A DNA stretch of 52,286 bases from Acidilobaceae archaeon (lineage in GTDB: Archaea; Thermoproteota; Thermoprotei_A; Sulfolobales; Acidilobaceae): assembly GCA_026995555.1 (NCBI GenBank), contig JALWOJ010000162.1, forward strand, positions 1-52,286, in the 5' to 3' direction. The notes below the pieces were generated by a model that saw only the letters and a list, made by a program, of their open reading frames with translations, had not been told where the DNA came from and ran no database searches. The position numbers were made by a program, and so were the translations under genes. Positions 1 to 10,539 of the stretch are shown piece after piece. Position 1 is the first letter of the stretch. Each line of letters begins with the position of its first letter.

Positions 1-442
1 GCCTTCTAGGCACCCTTAAACTCCTAATCCTGAATGCCTCTCCTTCAGGAAGCGTCTTCAAAATTTCCTTAACTACCTCCATATGGATCTCGGCCGCAAG
101 TGAAGGTAAAGCTTTTTCAAAAGGCTCCTTTGGACTTAAACTTCTTGGGTCTAGAAGTCTAAGTACCTTAGAGAGAATAACAGGGCTCGAAGGCCCCTTA
201 ACTAAACGAACTCCAAACTTCCTTGAGAGAATAGAAAGATCCTCCTGAAAGTTTCCTGGTACTATTACGACATGCACATCGCTGAGGTCTATTCTCCTTA
301 ATACACTTTCTATAGTATTCAATGTCCAAAAGCTAGGATTTCCCTTAACCTCCAAAATTTCGATTTGTTTTCCATAATCCTTTAGATCGTGTAGGGGGAG
401 TTCGGGACCCCCCTCAGGTTTGAGGATTAATATTTTTGACAA
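1..442 (-). CDS. Dihydropteroate synthase-like protein, N-terminal part (runs off window)
   Basis: Manual translation from TTG at 442 with upstream GGTGTG: LSKILILKPEGG...VVIVPGNFQEDLS...VRLVKGP...AFRIRSLRVPRR, open to the edge; resembles the N-terminus of archaeal DHPS-related proteins. Confidence 0.55.
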   Translation of the reverse strand, partial: MSKILILKPEGGPELPLHDLKDYGKQIEILEVKGNPSFWTLNTIESVLRRIDLSDVHVVIVPGNFQEDLSILSRKFGVRLVKGPSSPVILSKVLRLLDPRSLSPKEPFEKALPSLAAEIHMEVVKEILKTLPEGEAFRIRSLRVPRR

Positions 443-523
443 ACGTCACACACCTAAAGCACTCGGCCACCTAATTCCTTTAAGTATCTTTAACCTCTAT
501 GTTAATCAGAGGTGTGGCCCTAG

Positions 524-1702
524 GTGAAAATAGCTTATCTGTCCACATATCCTCCAATACACTGTGGAATAGGAGAATATACAAGATTTTTAGTTACAGC
601 CCTCTCAGGAATTCATCCTAGCGGTAAATATTATATCCTGGCCGAGGAAGGTGTTGGAGAGGAATATATTGATCCTAGTTCTGGAGCTAAGGTAATTCCT
701 ACTTTTAGGAAACAGGATCCGAAAACATTCTATAACATAGCGTCAGTTCTCGAAAAGATAGGGGGTGTTGACATACTTCACGTTCAACATGAATATAGTA
801 TATATTCTGGAGACAGAAGACTGCTTGAAGTTTTAACCGATATAAGGCTTAGGGGCCTTGCAAGAGCTATAGTAGTGACTCTGCATAGCGTTCATCATCC
901 CCTCTCTCCGGATGAAGGGAAATGGAACGCCGTTAGATTCCAGAGGGCGCTACCTGAGCACGTTGATGCTGTTATTGTTCATAGCTCTCCTCAGGAGTTT
1001 GAGCTTCAGAGTCAAGGCCTTCCCTTCACCTTCATCCATAGAATCCCTCATGGAACCTTCGTGAACCCTTACCTTGCCGAACCTAGAATACTCATAGCAA
1101 GGAAGCTTGGTCTAGATCCCTCAAGACTTGAGGGACCGATAATCTCGCTTGCTGGCTTCCTTCACAGACATAAGGGCCTTGACGTTCTTGTTGAGGCCTT
1201 GGACTACATAGGCAATAGGAGGCTCACAGTCATTATAGGTGGCGAGCTTAAGGACCCCTCCATTAAGGAATACTTAGAGAAGATTGACAGAAACAAGCTT
1301 GTCTTCACAGAAAAGTATCTGAGCAGCACCGAGATCCTCTCTATAGCCGCGCTGGCCGATATAATAATCATGCCTTATCATGACATAAGGGGCCTTTACT
1401 CAGTCAGTGGAATTCTTCACCTGTCTATGGGAAGCCTTAAGCCGATCATAGGGACAAGGGTTCCTAAGCTTGTCGAACTCTACAGTTATGCCCCTCGGTT
1501 AACGGTGCCCTCAATGGATCCAAGGGCCCTTGCAGAAAGAATCATATGGACTGTCAAGAACTACGATATAGCTACTGCCTACGCGAGCCAGCTCTACTCC
1601 TACGCTGTAAGAACGGAATGGAGAAGGATGGCCAGAAGACACTTAAGTTTATATAGGGTTCTTCTGAAAAACAACCACGGTAACTCTAGGATTAACCTCT
1701 AA
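524..1702 (+). CDS. Glycosyltransferase family 4 (GT-B)
   Basis: STYPPxxCGIGEY, LHVQHEY, VTLH, IPHG, GFLHRHKG, SVSGILH motifs. Confidence 0.9.
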   Translation: MKIAYLSTYPPIHCGIGEYTRFLVTALSGIHPSGKYYILAEEGVGEEYIDPSSGAKVIPTFRKQDPKTFYNIASVLEKIGGVDILHVQHEYSIYSGDRRLLEVLTDIRLRGLARAIVVTLHSVHHPLSPDEGKWNAVRFQRALPEHVDAVIVHSSPQEFELQSQGLPFTFIHRIPHGTFVNPYLAEPRILIARKLGLDPSRLEGPIISLAGFLHRHKGLDVLVEALDYIGNRRLTVIIGGELKDPSIKEYLEKIDRNKLVFTEKYLSSTEILSIAALADIIIMPYHDIRGLYSVSGILHLSMGSLKPIIGTRVPKLVELYSYAPRLTVPSMDPRALAERIIWTVKNYDIATAYASQLYSYAVRTEWRRMARRHLSLYRVLLKNNHGNSRINL

Positions 1703-1716
1703 TAACTCCCCCCTAT

Positions 1717-2844
1717 ATGAAGAACTTCTCTGGGTTTGAGGGAGGAGTAAAGGTTTTGGACGTTGAAAAACTAATACCTAAAGCCCTGGGCCTCGACGAA
1801 GTTAAAAAGCTTAGAAGGTATGAGACCGTTGATATAGCTAAGAGGCTGGGGGTCATACCTCCTGAAGGTCTGGTCATTGATGGATTTCCAAACTCAAACC
1901 CTCATACAGTCTTTAACCCCTCAATGCTGTTGAGCGAGGAGGTAGTAGAGGTTTTTGGAAGGATAATAATGGGATATTATAAATATGTCTCGGCGATCGT
2001 TTCAATAAAGGTTCCACTCGACGTTATAGTTTCTGGAGAGCTTGAACAGCAGAGGTTTAGGGCAAAGCCCATCTTATTGCCCAACACAAAATATGACTTT
2101 TGGGGCGTTGAGGATCCAAGGGCTTACAGGATAGGAGGAAGGGACTTCCTAACATATACCGGGAGAACGAAGGCTTACTTCTTAGATGAGAGTCCTTCCA
2201 AAGGTCTTCTCAGAAACGTTCCAATAACGGCATATAGAAGTGATGGTACGTGGAAGAAAGCGTTTGTTCATATACCTCCAGAACCTTTAAATAAGATCGC
2301 CGAAAGTGACAAGAATTCCTTTATAGTTCATGAGGATGGAACGCTACACTTCTTCCATAGACCAAGCTTAAGAAATGGAGAAAAGCCCCTCTTAGTTAGC
2401 AAGCTTCCTGATAATCCCCTGGAAGACCTTGATGGACCCAAAGAGCTCCTCTCAAAAGATCCTGTTGTGGCCCTTGAGAGGGGAGATTATGAGGAAAAGA
2501 TAGGGTGGGGACCAGCACCGCTCAGACTTAAAAACAAGGATTACCTCTTCCTGCTTCATGGTGTTGATAAAGACCTTACAGTTTATCGAGTGTTTGCTGC
2601 TATTCTAGAGATCGATGGAGATGATGTTGTGGTAAAGGCTGTGACCCCAAGATATATCATGGAGCCTAGGGAGAGGTATGAGGTCTTTGGCGACAGGCCT
2701 TACACGATCTACCCCTGCGGTCTCGTTAAAGTTTCTAAAAACGATCTGTTGGTCTCCTATGGAGCCGGAGACTATGCTATGGCCTTCGCGCTTATAAACC
2801 TAGATGAACTTCTAGGGGAGCTTGATAGAGGAAGAATATTTTAA
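1717..2844 (+). CDS. GH130-like glycosidase/beta-mannoside phosphorylase
   Basis: VFNP, GVEDPR, TYT, KN, HRP, KIGWGPAP, YPCG, YGAGD motifs; true start may be TTG ~1756. Confidence 0.85.
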   Translation: MKNFSGFEGGVKVLDVEKLIPKALGLDEVKKLRRYETVDIAKRLGVIPPEGLVIDGFPNSNPHTVFNPSMLLSEEVVEVFGRIIMGYYKYVSAIVSIKVPLDVIVSGELEQQRFRAKPILLPNTKYDFWGVEDPRAYRIGGRDFLTYTGRTKAYFLDESPSKGLLRNVPITAYRSDGTWKKAFVHIPPEPLNKIAESDKNSFIVHEDGTLHFFHRPSLRNGEKPLLVSKLPDNPLEDLDGPKELLSKDPVVALERGDYEEKIGWGPAPLRLKNKDYLFLLHGVDKDLTVYRVFAAILEIDGDDVVVKAVTPRYIMEPRERYEVFGDRPYTIYPCGLVKVSKNDLLVSYGAGDYAMAFALINLDELLGELDRGRIF

Positions 2845-3437
2845 ATGAACTCTATCCCATCAACGCTTCTGACTACTATTCCTTTGTAAAGCCAGTTGAC
2901 CTGCCTGAGTGTTGCATGTAGGTCAAATTCTGTCAGGGCGCTTATGCCATCAATTGGTATGATCACCTTGTACCATCTGAGAGCGGCACTTGCTGCTGTA
3001 TGAAGCACACAGATGTTCGCTACAGTTCCGACTATGACAAGGTTCTTTATATTATAGATCCTAAGCAGATCGTCAAGAGGCGTCCCGTAGAATCCATCGT
3101 ACCTAGTTTTCTGGATCACTACGTCATTAGGTTGAGGCTTTAGCTCATCAACTATCTCCCATCCCCAAGTTCCGTACTTTACATGCTCGCCCCAAATTTC
3201 GTACTCAGGATCTCCCTCATAATGGGTGTCCTGGGTGTAGAAGATTCTGACGTTCTTACTCCTTGCCCTAGATAATAACCTCTTAATAGGATCTATTGTC
3301 TTCGGAGCTGTAGGAACGAAAAGCTTTCCCTTGGAATTCACAAAATCGTTTTGCATATCAATAACTATTACGGCTGTAGCCTTCGAAGGGAGTTGAACTC
3401 TATCAACAACCTCATACTCAGGTACCTCAACCTTCAT
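2841..3437 (-). CDS. Cysteine hydrolase (isochorismatase/nicotinamidase family)
   Basis: VIDMQNDF, TQDTH, KTRYDGF, GTVANICVLHT. Confidence 0.9.
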   Translation of the reverse strand: MKVEVPEYEVVDRVQLPSKATAVIVIDMQNDFVNSKGKLFVPTAPKTIDPIKRLLSRARSKNVRIFYTQDTHYEGDPEYEIWGEHVKYGTWGWEIVDELKPQPNDVVIQKTRYDGFYGTPLDDLLRIYNIKNLVIVGTVANICVLHTAASAALRWYKVIIPIDGISALTEFDLHATLRQVNWLYKGIVVRSVDGIEFI

Positions 3438-3538
3438 GGGATATCATCCTCCACTATAAGGGTCTTTTTGTCCCCTAAGGTAATAAATGAAATAAGAATT
3501 AAAGGGTAATTTAGATATGCTTATCCTATCGAAAACTT

Positions 3539-3600
3539 ATGACCTTCCAGCCTAGCCTGCTCATCATGGCTCAGAGCCGGCAATCTTTGGCATCGGTCAT
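3539..3600 (-). ncRNA. C/D-box sRNA candidate
   Basis: Terminal stem ATGACC/GGTCAT enclosing degenerate C (CGATGC), D' CTGA, C' ATGATGA, degenerate D; intergenic. Confidence 0.55.
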
Positions 3601-3668
3601 CTGAACATATTAAAGACAAAGAGCTTTATTTTTGCAACCTTGGCATCATATGCTATGGTAGACGGGAA

Positions 3669-5231
3669 TTGAACTTCAGACAGGCAAAATGGGATGAGCC
3701 CATTATATTTGAACTGGGCAGCTCAGGAAGAAGAGGCTTCATAGTTCCAGACGTTGAAGACGAAATCAGAAAGGTCCTCGGAGAAATTAAGATACCAGAG
3801 GAGATCCTAAGAAAAGATCCTCCAAACCTTCCTGAGCTTAGTGAGGTTGAGGTTGCCAGACACTTCATAAGGCTCTCCGAGATGTCCTACGGAATTGATT
3901 CTGGTCCAGTTCCCCTTGGAAGCTGCACGATGAAGTACAATCCTAAGCTCATGCTGAAGTATATAGAGGATCCTAGAATAACTCTTCTGCATCCTCTTCA
4001 GGACGAGGAGACGGTTCAAGGCATCTTAGAAATCATGTATTACCTTCAAAGGTGGCTAGCAAACATAGTGGGTATGGACCTGTGTACCTTGCATCCGGCT
4101 GCCGGAGCTCAGGGGGAGCTAACGGGAGTCATAACGATAAGAAGGTACCATGACCTTAAAGGACAGGAGCATAAAGATGAGATTATAGTTCCAGATAGCG
4201 CTCATGGAACAAATCCTGCAAGCGCTTCAATGGGGGGCTTTAAGGTTGTAGAAATACCTACCTCTCCCGATGGTAATGTTGACCTTGAGGCACTAGAGGC
4301 TGCTATAAGTGATAGAACTGCCGGGCTCATGCTCACCAATCCAAGCACCTTAGGACTTTTTGAGGAGAACATATTAACAATAGCTGAACTTGTCCATAAA
4401 GTTGACGGACTTCTTTATTATGATGGAGCAAACCTTAATGGAATAATGGGATATGTGAGACCCGGAGATATGGGATTTGACATAGCTCACATAAACATCC
4501 ATAAGACCTTCTCATCCCCACATGGAGGAGGAGGCCCAGGAGCAGGTCCTGTATGCTTTAAAAATAAAACAGTTAAGGGGGACATAAGGCTTGGAGACAT
4601 AATTCCTGGTCCTATAGTTGTTAAGGACAGAAATGGCAACTATAAAATCCAGATGCCCAAATATGCTCCGGGAAGGCTCAGGGCATTTACAGCAAATGTT
4701 GGACCGCTCGTGTGGGGTTTCATCTACATATTAGCCCTAGGTCCTCAGGGCCTTAAGGAGGTCACAGAGACTGCTGTGCTCAACACTAATTACTTCATGA
4801 AGTTCCTCGAGAAGCTCGGAGCTAAGGGCTACACTCTAACTCATGGTCAGGAAAGGTTCAGGAAACACGAAACTGTGCTAAGTGCTGAACCTCTAAAAAA
4901 GGAAACTGGAGTCACAGCGGAGGATGTGGCCAAGGGACTTCTTGATAGGGGCTTCTATGCACCAACCATATACTTCCCCTTGATAGTTCCTGAAGCCTTA
5001 ATGATAGAGTTTACAGAGACCGAAACAAAAGAGAACCTTGAAGCTTATGCAAGGGCCTTAAAAGAAATAGAAGATGAGGCGAGGAAAGAGCCATCTAAAG
5101 CAAAAATGAGGCCTTTGAATACGAGCGTGAGAAGAATAGATAACGTTAAGGCCAACCATCCAAGAAGCGTGACCCCCTCATGGCGCGTTAAGGTTCTCAG
5201 AGATAAAGGCCTCTTAGGAGCTTTAAGATAA
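3669..5231 (+). CDS. gcvPB: Glycine dehydrogenase (decarboxylating) subunit 2
   Basis: PLGSCTMKYNP, PDSAHGTNPASA, YDGAN, HINIHKTFSSPHGGGGPG (PLP lysine). Confidence 0.97.
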   Translation: MNFRQAKWDEPIIFELGSSGRRGFIVPDVEDEIRKVLGEIKIPEEILRKDPPNLPELSEVEVARHFIRLSEMSYGIDSGPVPLGSCTMKYNPKLMLKYIEDPRITLLHPLQDEETVQGILEIMYYLQRWLANIVGMDLCTLHPAAGAQGELTGVITIRRYHDLKGQEHKDEIIVPDSAHGTNPASASMGGFKVVEIPTSPDGNVDLEALEAAISDRTAGLMLTNPSTLGLFEENILTIAELVHKVDGLLYYDGANLNGIMGYVRPGDMGFDIAHINIHKTFSSPHGGGGPGAGPVCFKNKTVKGDIRLGDIIPGPIVVKDRNGNYKIQMPKYAPGRLRAFTANVGPLVWGFIYILALGPQGLKEVTETAVLNTNYFMKFLEKLGAKGYTLTHGQERFRKHETVLSAEPLKKETGVTAEDVAKGLLDRGFYAPTIYFPLIVPEALMIEFTETETKENLEAYARALKEIEDEARKEPSKAKMRPLNTSVRRIDNVKANHPRSVTPSWRVKVLRDKGLLGALR

Positions 5232-5351
5232 AGTTATGTTCTTTTTGAAAGATTTTAAAGTTGGTTAATTTTTTAGGCTAACACCACAACTGAAGAGACA
5301 TAGGCTAGAGTAACAAGGCCACTGTCAGCTGAAGCCTAGGGTGATGATGTC

Positions 5352-7223
5352 ATGGGCAACAATAATAACAGCTCGTGGCTAAAATCGTTATCTAAGCTTG
5401 CATATTCTGAAAGATGGTTAGTTATTTCAACAATAATAGGTTTAGGAGCTGGTTACTTCGCTTATGCGTTCTACTTACTTCTCCACTATACAGAAGGTTT
5501 CATAGCGTGGCTCCTTGGAATAAATAACAAACCTTTCGGCTTCCTTTATGATATAGCCCTCACGGCTGTTGAACATGAAATGAGAAACCCCCTCGTCATA
5601 GCGCTTGTAGTAGCTGGAGCTGCAATAAGCTCTTACCTGGTTTATACCTATGCGCCTGAAGCAGAGGGTCATGGAACCGATGCTGCAATAAGCGCTTTTC
5701 ACAAGAGAGCCGCAATAATTGAATTGAAAGTTCCTCTGATTAAGGCTGCAGCCTCTGCTGCAACGATAGGCTTTGGAGGTAGTGGAGGAGTTGAGGGTCC
5801 TAGTGCACAGATGGGTGCAGGAATCGCGTCAGTCTTAGCCAGAAAGGTTCTAAAACTACCTTTTCAGGCCAGGAGGATCGCGTTAGTTTCTGGAATAGCT
5901 GCAGCTCTTTCCGTTCTCTTCAGAGCTCCTATAGGAACTGCACTCTTCGCCGTTGAAGTGCTTTATAAGAGGGATTTCGAGGCACAGGCCTTCATACCAG
6001 CGGTAATAGCTTCGAGCATTGCCTATGCCGCTACAGCCCCCCTTTATCATTTCAAACCCCTTCTGCCAGAAATACATGAGAACCTTGCCACACTTTACAG
6101 TCCGAGAGGTTTGCTTGCTTTAATAATAATGGGTGCTTTCATAGCCCCCTTCTCTCTGTTCTATGTAAGGCTCTTCTATAAAGTAAGGGATGTGTTTGAT
6201 GACCTGGTTAAGAAGAAGGGAATGAGCGTCTACGCAAAGCCTATTTTAGGAGGCCTCGTGACTGGAATCATAGCACTTTGGGTCCCACATGTCTTAGGTC
6301 CTGGAAAAGGCCTTCTCTCTCACTTCTTAGAGTTCGGTGAGATGGGAGAACTGGGCAAATTAGGGTACTTCAAGCTCTTCGGACTTCCTCTATGGCTTTC
6401 ATTAATGTTAATAGGAATACTGAAGATAGCTGCCACCAGCTTTTCTATAGGTTCTGGAGGTAGCGGAGGAGTCTTCGCCCCAAGTATCCTTGCAGGGGCT
6501 TTAGTAGGAGCTAGCTATGGATATTTGATAGGTTCGAAGATCGCTCCGATAACTCCTACAGTTTACGCCTATATAGGTATGGCAGCCTTCTTCGGTGCCG
6601 CGGCAAACGTTCCCTTTGCAACCTCAATAATGGTTGCTGAGATGGGAAGAAACTATCTCCTCATAGTTCCGTCATTAATAGCCGCGATCGTTTCAAGAGA
6701 GCTCACAGGAGAGTATAGCATTTATGAGTCCCAGTTAAAGGAAAGGCTTCGCACCGAGATAGTCGGGGCTGAGGGCCTGCTAAACATTATAAAGACTAAG
6801 GGCCTTAAGATCGATCTGCTTGCAAAGCACTTGGTCAATCGCAGGGTAAGGCCTGTTAACGAGGACTCACTCTTGGTTGATGCCATAGAGGACCTAACGA
6901 GGCACAGGGTGAGGGCAGTTCCAATCGTCGATAAGAACGGGAAGGTTGTGGCTGTTATAGACGAATCCGATCTGCCGTCAATGCTTCACGTCCTCGAGAA
7001 ACAGCCCGAGATAACAGTTGGGTTTGTACAGCTTAAGAGCCCGCCCATAGTTACTGGAGACACTCCTATAGATCAGGTTCTTGAGGAAATGATAAATTAC
7101 GGGACGGACTATGTCATAGTTACTGAAAACGGTAAGTATGTGGGGATAGTTACCGTTGAGGACGTCATATTAGCACTTTCCCACATAGTTCACGAACAGC
7201 TAGCAAGCTTAAAGTCTCAATGA
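5352..7223 (+). CDS. ClC chloride channel/antiporter with C-terminal CBS pair
   Basis: GHGT, GGSGGVEGP, GGVFAP motifs, many TM helices, CBS domains. Confidence 0.93.
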   Translation: MGNNNNSSWLKSLSKLAYSERWLVISTIIGLGAGYFAYAFYLLLHYTEGFIAWLLGINNKPFGFLYDIALTAVEHEMRNPLVIALVVAGAAISSYLVYTYAPEAEGHGTDAAISAFHKRAAIIELKVPLIKAAASAATIGFGGSGGVEGPSAQMGAGIASVLARKVLKLPFQARRIALVSGIAAALSVLFRAPIGTALFAVEVLYKRDFEAQAFIPAVIASSIAYAATAPLYHFKPLLPEIHENLATLYSPRGLLALIIMGAFIAPFSLFYVRLFYKVRDVFDDLVKKKGMSVYAKPILGGLVTGIIALWVPHVLGPGKGLLSHFLEFGEMGELGKLGYFKLFGLPLWLSLMLIGILKIAATSFSIGSGGSGGVFAPSILAGALVGASYGYLIGSKIAPITPTVYAYIGMAAFFGAAANVPFATSIMVAEMGRNYLLIVPSLIAAIVSRELTGEYSIYESQLKERLRTEIVGAEGLLNIIKTKGLKIDLLAKHLVNRRVRPVNEDSLLVDAIEDLTRHRVRAVPIVDKNGKVVAVIDESDLPSMLHVLEKQPEITVGFVQLKSPPIVTGDTPIDQVLEEMINYGTDYVIVTENGKYVGIVTVEDVILALSHIVHEQLASLKSQ

Positions 7224-7226
7224 ACT

Positions 7227-7910
7227 TTATGAACCTTCCTTCCATCCATATTTACCTACAAGCGGAACAAAAAGGACCTCGATGTCCTTTTTAATGGTAA
7301 CCTTTCCATCAGAACTCTTCTCAACGATAATTAAACTCTGCTCCCACATAGAGCCCACGGGAATAATCATTATCCCTCCAGGCTTAAGTTGCCTTATGAG
7401 AGGCTCTGGCACTTTTGGGGCTGCAGCTGTCACGATTATCCTATCATAAGGTGCCTCATCCTTAAAACCCTCAGTTCCATCACCAATTATAATAGTAACC
7501 CTGTCCAGGTAACCTGTTTTCCTCAGGTTCTCCTTTGCATACTCGGCAAGCTGAGGTATCCTTTCAACAGTATATACGTGCCCCCATTTCTCCTTAGGAA
7601 CATCCTTTGGTGCAACTATTTCAGCTAATATAGCTGCCTGATACCCACTACCGGTTCCCACCTCCAAAACCTTATGTCCAATATCGACTTTTAGCAGCTC
7701 AGTCATGTACGCAACTATGCTAGGGGCGCTTATTGTTTGACCATGACCTATTGGCAAGGGCCTGTCAGTGTAAGCAAGATCTCTATACTCTTTTGGAACA
7801 AAAAGTTCCCTAGGAACGCTCAACATGGCCTTTTCAACCTTTTCCGAAAGTATATAGCCCTCCTCCTTTAATGATAAAATAAGCCTTCTTCTCTTCTCCT
7901 CAAAGCTCAA
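7227..7910 (-). CDS. pcm: Protein-L-isoaspartate O-methyltransferase
   Basis: VPRELFVP, QTISAP, VLEVGTGSGYQAA, APYDRIIVTAAA, FVPL. Confidence 0.97.
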   Translation of the reverse strand: MSFEEKRRRLILSLKEEGYILSEKVEKAMLSVPRELFVPKEYRDLAYTDRPLPIGHGQTISAPSIVAYMTELLKVDIGHKVLEVGTGSGYQAAILAEIVAPKDVPKEKWGHVYTVERIPQLAEYAKENLRKTGYLDRVTIIIGDGTEGFKDEAPYDRIIVTAAAPKVPEPLIRQLKPGGIMIIPVGSMWEQSLIIVEKSSDGKVTIKKDIEVLFVPLVGKYGWKEGS

Positions 7911-7934
7911 CTCCCTTCATCAACTATATCTGTT

Positions 7935-8426
7935 ATGTTGCTTGAGGTTAAATTTGGTGAGAGGTCTTTGGAGGAATTTTCGACCAAGTGGTTCAAGTTT
8001 ACTGCAAAGGGTCATGAAAACATTAAGGCACTTCATGAGACCACATTTGAAATAACAAAAGACGACTACCTGACCCCACGGGGCGATTGCATAATAGGAA
8101 TCAGATCTGAAGCTTCAGCTAGTGATCTTCCAGAGTGGCTCAAGCAGGGGATTAGATCTGAGGGCCTAATCTTAGTAATCATATGTAGTGAAGGTATTTG
8201 CGACTCAATTGTAGGATATGGAAGTCATGAGATGCAACTTAACGATCCTAGAAAAATGGTGTTCAGAAAGAGTGACTACATAGGGCCAGAAACTGTAATG
8301 ATAAGAGCTTCCAAGGCTGCAAGGGATATTAAAAGAGAGCTTATTGAAAGGCTCAAAAGGGGTTCAAGGCTTGAGGTCTTTATAACAGTTCTTAACAGGG
8401 ACCTATGGTTTAAAAAGAAATTATGA
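7935..8426 (+). CDS. DUF371 family protein
   Basis: AKGHENIKALHETTFEIT, LTPRGDCIIG, FRKS, KAARDI. Confidence 0.9.
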   Translation: MLLEVKFGERSLEEFSTKWFKFTAKGHENIKALHETTFEITKDDYLTPRGDCIIGIRSEASASDLPEWLKQGIRSEGLILVIICSEGICDSIVGYGSHEMQLNDPRKMVFRKSDYIGPETVMIRASKAARDIKRELIERLKRGSRLEVFITVLNRDLWFKKKL

Positions 8427-8520
8427 ATGAAAACATTAATAATGTATATAAACAAAACTATGAAATCAGATTTCTAGTCTTCATTAGTCAGAGGTAAGAG
8501 AGAGGGAGGCAGATCAGATC

Positions 8521-9981
8521 TTGAGTCAAGAAGTTGATAGGAGAATATATGAGCATCCCATCCTAAAGTTTGAGAGAAGAAGGCCTATGTACATATTCTT
8601 TGAGGGAAAGAAAATTAAGGCCTACGAAAATGAGACTGTGGCAGCAGCGCTCTATGCCGCAGGGGTCATTCAGTTCAGCTACAGCGCAAAGTATCATAGA
8701 CCAAGAGGACCTTTCTGCATGATAGGCAAATGTAGTCAATGTTTAATGAGAGTTAACGGCATACCCCATGTGAGAACTTGCATAACCCCCGTGGAAGACG
8801 GAATGGTTGTTGAATTTGAGCATGCTCATGATGCAGACCTCCCAACGCCTAAGCAACCAATTCATGTTGAAAAGAAGAATCTTGATTATGACGTTGTCAT
8901 AGTGGGGTCAGGGCCAGCTGGTTTAAGCGCTGCCATACAGGCGGCCAAGGCTGGAGCTAAGGTGGCCGTCCTAGACCAGAGCCCTGTACTTGGAGGACAA
9001 TTAATAAAGCAAACCCACAAGTTCTTCGGAACCAAGGAGAGTTTTGCTGGAACACGAGGCGTTGAAATAGCTAAGATGCTTGTCGATGAAATAAAGGACT
9101 ATGACGAAAACATAGATGTGTACCCCTCAACACAGGCAATAGGATACTTCAGAAGGGAGAAGGTTCTTGTAGCGTTCCAAACAAAGTCCTTAGGAAAGTA
9201 CACCCTTCTAAACCTTAAAGGTAAGAGCTATGTAGTTGCAACTGGGGCTATGGAGAGAAGCCTTGTCTTCCCTGGAAACGATCTCCCAGGAGTCATGGGA
9301 GCTGGCGCGGCACAGACCCTAATGAATGTCTTCGGGATAAGGCCTGCCGAGGAACCACTAATAATAGGCGCAGGAAACGTCGGAGTAATCATAGCCTATC
9401 AGGCTGCACAGGCTGGAATAAAGGTGAAGGCGGTAATTGACATACTTCCAAAGACAGCCGCTTATCTGGTACATGCAGCAAAGATTAGGAGAATGGGCAT
9501 ACCAATTCTCATGAGACACACTATTCAGGAAGCATACGGCAACGGAAAGGTGGAGGGAGCAGTAATATATGAGGTTGACGACAAGTTCAGGAAGATACCC
9601 GGAAGCGAGAAGGACATTGAAGTTGATGGAGTTTGGCTCGCTGTAGGTCTTACACCTAGCGTTGAAGTTTTAGAGCTCATGGGCGCCCAGCTGAGGTTTG
9701 TACCAGAGCTAGGAGGTTATGTGCCTCTAAGAACCCCATTCCTTGAAACTACTGTCAGCAACGTCTATGTCGCTGGCGACGCCTCCTGTATAGAGGAGGC
9801 CAGCACTGCAATGATGGAAGGGAAGATTGCAGGGGCATCAGCAGCCCTTAAGATAGGCTTTAAGAATGAGGAGCTTGAGAAGGAAAGAAAAGCTGCGATA
9901 AAGTGGCTTGAGGAGTTTAGGTCGAGTCCTCACTACTCTAGAATTAAACAAGGTCTTCAGAAGGTTCTTATTCAGGGGTGA
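8521..9981 (+). CDS. 2Fe-2S/FAD oxidoreductase, proline dehydrogenase/sarcosine oxidase alpha-like subunit
   Basis: RPRGPFCMIGKCSQC...RTC, GSGPAG, LGGQLIKQTHKFFG, ATGA, YVAGD. Confidence 0.88.
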   Translation: MSQEVDRRIYEHPILKFERRRPMYIFFEGKKIKAYENETVAAALYAAGVIQFSYSAKYHRPRGPFCMIGKCSQCLMRVNGIPHVRTCITPVEDGMVVEFEHAHDADLPTPKQPIHVEKKNLDYDVVIVGSGPAGLSAAIQAAKAGAKVAVLDQSPVLGGQLIKQTHKFFGTKESFAGTRGVEIAKMLVDEIKDYDENIDVYPSTQAIGYFRREKVLVAFQTKSLGKYTLLNLKGKSYVVATGAMERSLVFPGNDLPGVMGAGAAQTLMNVFGIRPAEEPLIIGAGNVGVIIAYQAAQAGIKVKAVIDILPKTAAYLVHAAKIRRMGIPILMRHTIQEAYGNGKVEGAVIYEVDDKFRKIPGSEKDIEVDGVWLAVGLTPSVEVLELMGAQLRFVPELGGYVPLRTPFLETTVSNVYVAGDASCIEEASTAMMEGKIAGASAALKIGFKNEELEKERKAAIKWLEEFRSSPHYSRIKQGLQKVLIQG

Positions 9982-9987
9982 GACGAA

Positions 9988-10539
9988 ATGAGTGAGACTA
10001 AGGAGAGGCCTAGGAAGGAGGTTGAGGGTCAGAAGACCTTAGAGGCTGGTTATGTAACCGTTGAAGATCTGAAAAAAGCTGGAAACATACCTCCGGACGA
10101 GATCGCAGAGAGATATGCAGTCCCAATAATAGACTGTCTGGAGGAGATCCCCTGCACGCCATGCCATGATGTGTGTCCAACTGGAGCAATAGAGATGCCA
10201 ACTATGAATGACAGGCCTAGAGTTAAATGGGAAGCATGCACTGGATGTACTCTATGTGCCCAAGCCTGTCCGGGTCTTGCAATAACAATAGTCAATATAC
10301 CGTTCGCCAAGAAGATGTTCAAGAGAGACGATCTTGCGCTCGTGAGCGTTCCTTATGAGATGTTGCCAATACCCAAGAAGGGAGAGAAGGTTCTTGTTTA
10401 CAACAGAGGCCATGAGCTTCTTGGCGAGGCTGAAGTGTTCTCAGTAATCAAAAGCCCTAGGTTCGGAACGGTCCTAGTTAATGTGGTTGTTCCTAAGAAG
10501 TGGGCCTACGAAGTTAAGTATATTGAGGTTAAGAGGTGA
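9988..10539 (+). CDS. 4Fe-4S ferredoxin subunit
   Basis: C-x4-CxxCxxxCP and CxxCxxCxxxCP motifs. Confidence 0.88.
   Translation: MSETKERPRKEVEGQKTLEAGYVTVEDLKKAGNIPPDEIAERYAVPIIDCLEEIPCTPCHDVCPTGAIEMPTMNDRPRVKWEACTGCTLCAQACPGLAITIVNIPFAKKMFKRDDLALVSVPYEMLPIPKKGEKVLVYNRGHELLGEAEVFSVIKSPRFGTVLVNVVVPKKWAYEVKYIEVKR

Noticed and set aside
5288..5348. TGAAGA...CTGA...GTGATGA as a C/D sRNA
   Set aside because: Box spacing is inconsistent and GGTGA is explained as the ClC ribosome-binding site
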